This document shows positions 56,489 to 64,000 of a stretch of 64,000 nucleotides of DNA, piece by piece. The stretch lies in the IMG/VR virus record IMGVR_UViG_3300002307_000018, positions 1-64,000 of that record; one strand, written 5' to 3'. Source of the DNA: a virus. Taxonomy: Duplodnaviria > Caudoviricetes. A program made the translations under genes and the position numbers. Under the pieces are notes generated by a model. The model ran no database searches, had not been told where the DNA came from, and saw only the letters and a list, made by a program, of their open reading frames with translations. Each line of letters opens with the position of its first letter. The first letter of the stretch is position 1.

Positions 56489-57699
56489 TCAATGATAAAC
56501 TGTGCGTGATACCATGGATTCATATGAACGTAGAAAGCAATGGTAGAGTTATACCATGCTGCATGACTGCTGCTCACAATTACACTGTAGGTGATGCTAA
56601 CACTCAAACTATAGAACAGTTATGGAACAATGACTCAATGACTGCACTACGCAAAGATATGATCAATGGCATTGAACCACGTATCTGTAACAAGTGTTTT
56701 GATCAAGAGCGAGTATTGGGCCATAGTAGTAGAACACATAACAATGATTTTTTTAAAAAGTCGTACGAGAATATTCCTAATATTACCAACAGTGACGGTA
56801 CAGTCATCGAACTAAAACTCAAGTACTGGGACTTTAGATTTTCAAACATATGTAATTTTAAGTGTCGTAGCTGTGGGCCACGATACAGCTCAGCATGGGT
56901 GCCAGATGCCAATAAAATGAAATTGTCATCGCAAGATAAGGTATGGCATATTGAGCAAGTAGATAATAAACCTAACTATGAGTTCTTAGAACAACACATA
57001 GACTATGTAGAAAAGATTTACTTTGCTGGTGGCGAACCACTTATGATGCAAGAACATTGGGATACACTGGAACTAATAGACAAACACAATCGATATGATG
57101 TTCGTGTACTGTATAATACCAATTTATCTGTGCTGTCATACAACAAACGTAATGTCTTAGACTATTGGAAAAATTGGAAAAAAGGAAACCTACATATTTC
57201 TGTCAGCATTGATGAGATCGACGAACGAGCAGAATACGTACGCAGTGGTACCAATTGGTCTAAGTTAGAAGACAATCTTGTAACAGTTAATAAGCTTGAC
57301 AATGTTATACTGTGGCCAAGCTTTACTGTTAGTATATACAATGTGTTTAGAATTCCAATGATCATTGATAGACTGATTGCTCTCAATGTCATTACTAAAG
57401 AATTCAATTATAAAAATTTTCATATTAACGTACTAACTGGCCCAAATCAATTAAGAATCAATGTGCTGCCAACTGAGTTTCGTCGTGAAATTTTAAAACA
57501 GTACAGTGACTATTGCATATCTTATAAGCAACGTTACAATGTTGATCTTGGATCTGTGTTTGATTATATCATTGATCATCTCAAGCAGCCACAGAATGAA
57601 CCAATGGTCAAGAATTTTATTAAATATTCCAATACACTAGATGAAATTAGAAATGAAAGTACGTTTACTGTGATTCCAGAGCTACAGTGCTTACTGTAA
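56485..57699 (+). CDS. Radical SAM enzyme with N-terminal Twitch-like domain
   Basis: LCVIPW...PCC...CNKC, then CNFKCRSC and AGGEP. Confidence 0.9.
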   Translation: MINDKLCVIPWIHMNVESNGRVIPCCMTAAHNYTVGDANTQTIEQLWNNDSMTALRKDMINGIEPRICNKCFDQERVLGHSSRTHNNDFFKKSYENIPNITNSDGTVIELKLKYWDFRFSNICNFKCRSCGPRYSSAWVPDANKMKLSSQDKVWHIEQVDNKPNYEFLEQHIDYVEKIYFAGGEPLMMQEHWDTLELIDKHNRYDVRVLYNTNLSVLSYNKRNVLDYWKNWKKGNLHISVSIDEIDERAEYVRSGTNWSKLEDNLVTVNKLDNVILWPSFTVSIYNVFRIPMIIDRLIALNVITKEFNYKNFHINVLTGPNQLRINVLPTEFRREILKQYSDYCISYKQRYNVDLGSVFDYIIDHLKQPQNEPMVKNFIKYSNTLDEIRNESTFTVIPELQCLL

Positions 57700-58326
57700 T
57701 TACTTGCGCCATATGCTCATGTAACGAGTGTATTCATTGGTATGATATTGCCCACTGAATATTGGCCCACGAACTTGATTCATCATCTCAAAATCTTTAA
57801 GATCAGTACTACAACGAACGTGTTCTAAACACGCAAAGAAGTTATTGCCCTGCACAACGACCAATGATCCTGGTGTAATGTTACGATACCAAGTATCGTA
57901 CTGCTGTTGTGTAACATGTTCGCTTGAAGTGTTGATTACTACATCACTAGACATACCCCAGTCATAGTCGTAGCTACACATATCAGCAGTTACAGCTTTG
58001 AAACGCCAACCATCCATTTCATACTGTTTGTTTATCGTGTCTGCTATATTTTCACACCATGGATCAATGTCGATTGAGCGAATCTTCTTGACACGAATAT
58101 CACTGTCATCTTGAAACATCATTGACGCTAGTACACCAATCCAACCTCCAAAGATGTATATATTCACTGGTCTGTAGTGTAACACTGTTGATAATTGTTT
58201 AACCAGCCAAGCTTTGCTTTCAAGCTGTCCAGACCACATACCATCTAAAGCACGAGTGCGTTCGTTGTCGGGTAAGTTACGTATGGCGTTAAACCAATAT
58301 CTTAGATCATCAATGTGTATTTTCAT
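57700..58326 (-). CDS. Class I SAM-dependent methyltransferase-like protein
   Basis: IYIFGGWIG, SIDID, TADM, DVVINTSSEH. Start at 58326 after TATAAATA-N5. Confidence 0.7.
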   Translation of the reverse strand: MKIHIDDLRYWFNAIRNLPDNERTRALDGMWSGQLESKAWLVKQLSTVLHYRPVNIYIFGGWIGVLASMMFQDDSDIRVKKIRSIDIDPWCENIADTINKQYEMDGWRFKAVTADMCSYDYDWGMSSDVVINTSSEHVTQQQYDTWYRNITPGSLVVVQGNNFFACLEHVRCSTDLKDFEMMNQVRGPIFSGQYHTNEYTRYMSIWRK

Positions 58327-58366
58327 AAAAATATTTATACAGATATAGTATATAGTAAATATTACT

Positions 58367-60985
58367 ATGAACACAATTGATGATACCGTTTGGAAAATAT
58401 TAGGTCCCGTAGACTTAGATAAATTTGATTTTAATTGGACACCGCCTGAGAATAGTGAACCCTATATCTATGTATGGGGTAACAAGTGGAACGATTGTAG
58501 TACTGATCCAATGATCGAATATCATCAACCAGAGGGAACAAGCAGAGTGTATATGAATGAACCAGTTGAACTATTGGTAGAAGAAGATCGCTGGAAGATA
58601 CTGATCGTCGGGGCTACAATGGATAGAACATGGCGCCCTAATCCCTATGATCCACCCTATATACATGTATTTGGTAACAAGTGGAACAACGCGACAATCG
58701 AACCTACAATTGAGTACTATGTAGAGGGCGCCACTGAGTGCAAGTACGTTGACAATATTATAGCAGAGTTACCACAGTGTCACGACAACTGGACACGATT
58801 GGGCTTAGAATCGTTTGACTATAGTTGGAGACCTAACCCATATGCTCCTCCGCAAACGTATGTGTGGTGGGAAAATAACGGCCCAATATATACAGTACCA
58901 GATTCAATTGGTACAGTGTACATGGATCGTGATCCGGCAACTATTCTACCAGCCCCACGCTACTATGTAGAAACAACCTTAGAAGACTTGATTGCTCAAC
59001 ACCCAGACGAAGTATTTTGGGCACTTAACAAAGAACTTAAGTATGAACATTTTGACTTTTCATGGAGATCACCAAGAGAAATTCATGATCATCTTAATGC
59101 TTTTGGTAACGAAACTAGCAAAGACACTGGTACATATTATGTTAATGCGCCCTCTTGGTTAGCAGGTCATCGTGATGTTAACTATATCAATGATGTTAGC
59201 TTTAATATTAGCACAGAACTTGATATGTTTTATATCAATCGTGGAGATGACTCACGATTCGCGGCACTTAAACAACGATTCCCGAATCTACAAAAGACAC
59301 GATACTTAAACAGTTGGGTCGATACCATTTTACGTTGCTTGAAAAAGGCCACTACTAAGCATGTTTGGATTCTAAGTAGCGACTGTGACTACACTGACTT
59401 TAAGTTTGACTTTTATCCGTCATCATGGCAATCAAATATGATTCATGTATTTGGTACACAATGGTCGCACTGGGGCAATACCTATATGGTCAATCGTGAC
59501 ACGTTTGAGCAAACTGCTAATGGTATAAAAGTCATTGAACACTGTAACAATATCAATCATGTACGTTCTAAACGTGCTAAATTGGTTGACTGTGCGTATG
59601 ACATACTGTACATAGATCATGGTAGCAAATCAACAGCACTAGAACAATTGCAAAGCTTAGCTACACCGCATAATATTATTACACTTAAGTACAGTGGTAG
59701 TTACTTAGACACGCTACTATCGTATGTTAATTCATTGAGCGAATATGAAATTCCTAACGAATCGTTTGTATGGATATGCAGCGGCTTATGTGATTACAGT
59801 AACTTTGATTTTAGCTATGCGTGTGATCCATTTGAGCGTGAGCAATTGCATGTATTCGCTAGTGAGTATCAACGTGCTAAACAAAAATTTGGAGATACGT
59901 TCTTACTGAACTTAGCTGAGTTCTATCGTGAGCGTTATCATTTAGAATCATTAGATGAGTATTCTAAAAGTGTGTCGTATATTGAACATGTTACAGTACC
60001 TAGATGGGACCATCCAGTGATATATCATGATCATGACAGTCAAGCTACGGCTATTTGTGAGAACAAGAATATTGATTATCCATATTATGAATTGATCAAT
60101 CGTAGTGCTGCACCCACTACTAATAGACCATTGGTGCCCAATATGTGGGACTCCTATGAGTCTCCTATTATAGTGCCCTCTACTGGAGCTACTAGAATTT
60201 TGGTGCCTGTAAGTACAACCGAATTCATATTCAATGAAGTGTATGACTATCATAATATTGAATTCGTAGACAATAAAGATGAATCACAGCCGCTTGACAT
60301 TGTATTCTTTTCCAATGGTGAGCCTGCCGCCAATGATAATTATGCACGACTACAGCAGATTATAATCGACAAACAGTTGCCCAACAGATTGGTACGTGTA
60401 GATGGAGTAGTCGGGCGTGTAGCAAGTCAACATGCGGCTGCTCGTTCCAGCAATACTGAGTGGTACTTCTTGGTCAACTGTAAGCTAAGCGTGAACACTG
60501 ACTTTGACTTTAGCTGGCAACCTGATAGACTGCAACAACCTAAACATTATATCTTTGTTGCTACTAACCCAGTGAATCACTTAGAGTACGGTCATCAAGC
60601 TATTGTGGCTAACAACAGAACCTTGACACTGAATACTGAGGTAGACGGTCTAGACTTTACCATGAGTAGCTTACATCAAGTAGTTAATAAGAATTGTGGT
60701 GTTGCAATATACAATACTGATCAATGGACTACATGGCGTACTGCGTTTAGAGAAGTCATCAAGCTTAAATACGCAAGTGATATAACCAATAATCGAGAAA
60801 CAAATCACAGACTAAAAACATGGTTATCAGTTGGTGACGCAGAGTATGGGCAATATAGTACTGGCGGAGCCTACGATGCTATTGAGTACTACGAAAGCGT
60901 AGAGGGCAATCTAGATGATCTAATGAACAGTTACGACTGGGAATGGATTCAAACTTACTATAAAGCCAAGTACGCTAACACGTAA
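58367..60985 (+). CDS. Multi-module glycosyltransferase-like protein (C-terminal module homologous to 42069)
   Basis: Seven FDFSW.P...HVF-like motifs; C-terminal RVDGVVGRVASQHAAA...NPVNHLEYG...WRTAFREVIKL. Preceded by TAAATA-N5-ATG. Confidence 0.6.
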   Translation: MNTIDDTVWKILGPVDLDKFDFNWTPPENSEPYIYVWGNKWNDCSTDPMIEYHQPEGTSRVYMNEPVELLVEEDRWKILIVGATMDRTWRPNPYDPPYIHVFGNKWNNATIEPTIEYYVEGATECKYVDNIIAELPQCHDNWTRLGLESFDYSWRPNPYAPPQTYVWWENNGPIYTVPDSIGTVYMDRDPATILPAPRYYVETTLEDLIAQHPDEVFWALNKELKYEHFDFSWRSPREIHDHLNAFGNETSKDTGTYYVNAPSWLAGHRDVNYINDVSFNISTELDMFYINRGDDSRFAALKQRFPNLQKTRYLNSWVDTILRCLKKATTKHVWILSSDCDYTDFKFDFYPSSWQSNMIHVFGTQWSHWGNTYMVNRDTFEQTANGIKVIEHCNNINHVRSKRAKLVDCAYDILYIDHGSKSTALEQLQSLATPHNIITLKYSGSYLDTLLSYVNSLSEYEIPNESFVWICSGLCDYSNFDFSYACDPFEREQLHVFASEYQRAKQKFGDTFLLNLAEFYRERYHLESLDEYSKSVSYIEHVTVPRWDHPVIYHDHDSQATAICENKNIDYPYYELINRSAAPTTNRPLVPNMWDSYESPIIVPSTGATRILVPVSTTEFIFNEVYDYHNIEFVDNKDESQPLDIVFFSNGEPAANDNYARLQQIIIDKQLPNRLVRVDGVVGRVASQHAAARSSNTEWYFLVNCKLSVNTDFDFSWQPDRLQQPKHYIFVATNPVNHLEYGHQAIVANNRTLTLNTEVDGLDFTMSSLHQVVNKNCGVAIYNTDQWTTWRTAFREVIKLKYASDITNNRETNHRLKTWLSVGDAEYGQYSTGGAYDAIEYYESVEGNLDDLMNSYDWEWIQTYYKAKYANT

Positions 60986-61020
60986 AACGAGATAAATAAG
61001 TGAATAGGACGTAAACACAT

Positions 61021-62739
61021 ATGCCATATTCACTTAATTATTCTCTAGGTACCATTATAGTCAATGATGGGGCTCTGAACACTCAGACTAGTTTGACTAT
61101 TCCTGGTTATGACGCAGCTTTTTACGGGCAACCAGTAGATCAAAATCAGCTTAGCTTGCTAGAAAATTTCGCAAGCTCTCCCGCTCCCGGCCCAGTCAAA
61201 GCAATTCCCGGACAATTATGGTATGATAGAGTCGCTGGAATTCTCAAGGTCAATAACAGTGTTAGTTCGACACCGAATTGGAGCGCAGTAGGCCCAGATT
61301 TGCCAATCGGTGGGTCTAATGGTCAAGTACAGTTCAACAACAATGGTCAGTTTGCTGGCAATAGTAATTTCAGATATGATCGTGTCAGTGACACACTAAC
61401 AGTAGGCACTATCGTTGGTGATATTAGCGGCAATATTATCTCTACTGATGTTATTGCTACTACAGTTAACGCCTCAGATATCAACACTGGTAATATATTT
61501 ACTGACACCGGTAACATTACCACAGTCAATGCAGTTGATCTAAACGGCACTACAGTCAACGCTACTGATATGATTACTAACTTAGTAGATTCAAACATTG
61601 GCAACATTACCATTATCAATAGCACTACCGTTAATGCAACCACAGTAGAAGCTACTAACGTTAACGCCAATGTAGTTACAGCAAACGTTGGTAACATTAC
61701 AGTACTCAATGCAACTACTGTCAATGGTACACTTGGTACTGGCGCTCAACCTAACATTACATCAGTTGGAACGTTAAGCAACTTAACAGTTAGTGGCAAT
61801 GTAAGCACAGGTGGTATCAAGACCGATAACTATTACTATGCCAATGGCGTACCAGTATCGTTCGCTGGTACTTATAGCAACGCAAACGTAGCTAGTTACT
61901 TGCCTACATATACGGGTAACATCAGTGCCAATGTCGCCAATGTCGCCGCACTCAATACTACAGGCGATACTATCATTGGTGGTAACTTAACTGTTAATGG
62001 TACTACAACTTATATTAACATAACCAATCTTCAAGTTGAAGACCCACTTATCTCAGCAGGTGGCGGACCCAATGGTGCTCCACTAACGTCAAATGATGGT
62101 AAAGACCGTGGTACACTGCTTGACTATTATACCACTAGTCCACAAACAGCATTCGTGGGTTGGGACAATAGCACAGGTTACATGACAATTGCCAACAATG
62201 TTACGCACCCGGGTGATATTGTCACAGTTAATAGCTATGGTACACTACGAGCAGGTACAGCAATACTAGATGGTCTAGTGACTCCTACGTTGTCAACAGG
62301 CGCAGCACTAACCGCTGGTACTATTACAGGTACATGGGGTCTAAGTGTTGGCTCAACACTAACTGCAACATACGCTGACTTGGGTGAGAAATACGTTGCT
62401 GATGCACACTATGAACCAGGAACTGTAGTTGAGTTTGGTGGAGATTATGAAGTCACGGTTGCACAAGACGGTACTCGTGCTGTAGCTGGTGTAGTCAGCA
62501 CTAACGCTGCATACATTATGAACTCAGCATGTGCGGGTGATCACGTAGTTACAATAGCACTACAGGGTCGTGTACCATGCAAGGTGCGTGGCAGAATACG
62601 CAAGGGTGATATGATGATCAGTGGTGGTGATGGGTACGCAAGACCGTCAAATGATCCACAAGTTGGATCAATCATTGGTAAAGCATTAGAGAACTTTGAC
62701 GGTATTGGTGTAATTGAAGTGGCAGTTGGCAGACTTTAA
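61021..62739 (+). CDS. Tail-fibre-like protein with Asn/Thr/Val-rich repeats and putative C-terminal chaperone domain
   Basis: N- and C-termini match 37031..37948 (YSLGTI..D..LN.QTSL; ATYADLGEKY...GRVPCKV); central region of about 300 aa of beta-repeats. Confidence 0.7.
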   Translation: MPYSLNYSLGTIIVNDGALNTQTSLTIPGYDAAFYGQPVDQNQLSLLENFASSPAPGPVKAIPGQLWYDRVAGILKVNNSVSSTPNWSAVGPDLPIGGSNGQVQFNNNGQFAGNSNFRYDRVSDTLTVGTIVGDISGNIISTDVIATTVNASDINTGNIFTDTGNITTVNAVDLNGTTVNATDMITNLVDSNIGNITIINSTTVNATTVEATNVNANVVTANVGNITVLNATTVNGTLGTGAQPNITSVGTLSNLTVSGNVSTGGIKTDNYYYANGVPVSFAGTYSNANVASYLPTYTGNISANVANVAALNTTGDTIIGGNLTVNGTTTYINITNLQVEDPLISAGGGPNGAPLTSNDGKDRGTLLDYYTTSPQTAFVGWDNSTGYMTIANNVTHPGDIVTVNSYGTLRAGTAILDGLVTPTLSTGAALTAGTITGTWGLSVGSTLTATYADLGEKYVADAHYEPGTVVEFGGDYEVTVAQDGTRAVAGVVSTNAAYIMNSACAGDHVVTIALQGRVPCKVRGRIRKGDMMISGGDGYARPSNDPQVGSIIGKALENFDGIGVIEVAVGRL

Positions 62740-63374
62740 ACTACCCATGGGTCAATGATCACTGGAGTTCCGTCTGCTCGTGCCATAAAGTTGTACCCAT
62801 GCAAATCTAGTTCATATCCCATTTGATTTGCAATGTCATTTAGTTTGACAATGGTTTTGTAAAATACTCTGAGTCCCTTAGGGCCCAATAGATTCAAAAG
62901 TTTGTCCAATGAATCATTATGTCCCCATATCGGAGCAGACAATCTTTCCATCATTTCTTCAAAGCTGTATTCAGCAATTGCATCATCTGCCATTTCTTTG
63001 CATATTCTGCCCATGTACCCAAGACTCTTCAAATGTTCTTGACGCATCTGTATATAAACATGCCCATTCCAGTAAAAGCTTTCAAAGCCCGAAAACTTGG
63101 GTAGGTACGGATTATTCCGGTGATTATTGCAGTACTTGGCCCAACGAAAGAACATCATCTGATCTTTGGAGAACGTAGGCTTAGGATTTTCATCATTGGG
63201 CGCACGTGCAGTGTCCTGTGTTCCAAATATCTTAAGTACCAATCCAGTTCCAGGCTCTAAAAATGCAGTTTGATCAACACCCTGACCAATTTGCTTATAG
63301 CCCTTGGACTCAAGATGTTTAATGATTTCTGGATCAGTGTCGCTGTACTCGGATAGTATTTCAAGTGGTTTCAT
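62736..63374 (-). CDS. Protein kinase-like fold protein
   Basis: IGQGVDQTAF (Gly loop), VLKIF, DLHGYN (catalytic loop), IIDP. Start at 63374 after TAAATA-N5. Confidence 0.7.
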   Translation of the reverse strand: MKPLEILSEYSDTDPEIIKHLESKGYKQIGQGVDQTAFLEPGTGLVLKIFGTQDTARAPNDENPKPTFSKDQMMFFRWAKYCNNHRNNPYLPKFSGFESFYWNGHVYIQMRQEHLKSLGYMGRICKEMADDAIAEYSFEEMMERLSAPIWGHNDSLDKLLNLLGPKGLRVFYKTIVKLNDIANQMGYELDLHGYNFMARADGTPVIIDPWVV

Positions 63375-63395
63375 GATAGTATTTATCCAAAACAG

Positions 63396-63424
63396 TTGAC
63401 ACAGTGTAATCATTAGTGTACAAT
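63396..63424 (+). promoter_or_regulatory. Sigma70 promoter, probably leaderless
   Basis: TTGACA-N17-TACAAT, then 6 nt, then ATG 63431. Confidence 0.75.
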
Positions 63425-63430
63425 CATAGT

Positions 63431-63616
63431 ATGAGCACAGAAAATTTATTTGATTTTACTGGTCATCCTCCTCCAAAGAAACGCAAAGAGGTAGTTGATG
63501 ACGTTAGGAATATACTTATCTTGGAACTCCCGGGAACCAAAGAGGGTGAGTTCAAACTAAAAGAGATATACGAAGAACTTGTTACAAGGGGATACAAGTG
63601 CAAACTTATGAATTGA
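63431..63616 (+). CDS. Small hypothetical protein (61 aa)
   Basis: ATG directly after a consensus sigma70 promoter. Confidence 0.6.
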   Translation: MSTENLFDFTGHPPPKKRKEVVDDVRNILILELPGTKEGEFKLKEIYEELVTRGYKCKLMN

Positions 63617-64000
63617 AGTTAACGTGCGAGGCACCAACTGACTTTTATTGCATGAAGGCAGCCAACTCGGTTGACTTAGACATTGAAAAGAAATTAACGC
63701 ATCACATTAAGATACGTGCTGATATTGACACTGAGTATAACGTGGGTCTAATCATTGGTGCAAGTGGCTCAGGTAAGACTACACTGGCAAAACATATTTG
63801 GGGTGCAGATGCGTTTGACACACTGCTTGACCCTGAACAGGCAGTGATCTCACAGTTCGATGAATCATACTCTTATGATGAGCGTGTGTCATTCTTATCG
63901 GGCGTAGGCTTGGCATCACCAACATGCTGGATTGCACCTGCCAAGACACTATCAAACGGTCAGCAAGCAAGAGCCGAATGCGCTTTACAAATGGCTCGTC
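63598..64000 (+). CDS. ABC-type ATPase (partial, runs off the window end)
   Basis: GTG start after AAGGGG; Walker A GASGSGKTT and signature-like LSNGQ. Not in the ORF track. Confidence 0.8.
   Translation, partial: MQTYELKLTCEAPTDFYCMKAANSVDLDIEKKLTHHIKIRADIDTEYNVGLIIGASGSGKTTLAKHIWGADAFDTLLDPEQAVISQFDESYSYDERVSFLSGVGLASPTCWIAPAKTLSNGQQARAECALQMAR

Noticed and set aside
1-64000. tRNA, rRNA, inteins
   Set aside because: No cloverleaf or rRNA-like segment and no intein motifs were recognised by eye; tRNAscan-SE and an intein HMM would be needed to exclude them formally.

Overview
A 64-kb segment of a large T4-related contractile-tailed phage (probably jumbo-sized), read in the standard genetic code. 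Left (1-11.7 kb): two tandem tape-measure-like genes (one with a GH73-type muramidase), a divergent hub-chaperone gene with a -1 slippery site, a ~600-nt highly structured non-coding gap, a resolvase, four small paralogues (one carrying a free-standing copy of the capsid Gol peptide), gp46, a GIY-YIG homing endonuclease, gp47 and the gp55-like late sigma factor. Middle (11.8-39.9 kb): baseplate and tail genes (gp48/54-like, gp53, hub, gp5, gp25, gp6, a 4117-aa wedge protein, fibre-like proteins). Right (39.9-61 kb): a ~21-kb tailoring cluster of four GT-A-like glycosyltransferases, six radical SAM enzymes, an Fe/2OG hydroxylase, three SGNH proteins, an adenylate-forming enzyme, a half carbamoyltransferase and a methyltransferase. 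The cluster sits between two paralogous fibre genes and behind late-type TAA(A/G)TA motifs. A kinase and a partial ABC ATPase close the window. Best leads: the late tailoring cluster (possible virion glycosylation/decoration), the stand-alone Gol module, a patchy two-strand depletion of TAR/YTA trinucleotides, the structured gap, and the frameshift. All family assignments come from motif recognition by eye; no searches were run, and k-mer counts are manual samples.
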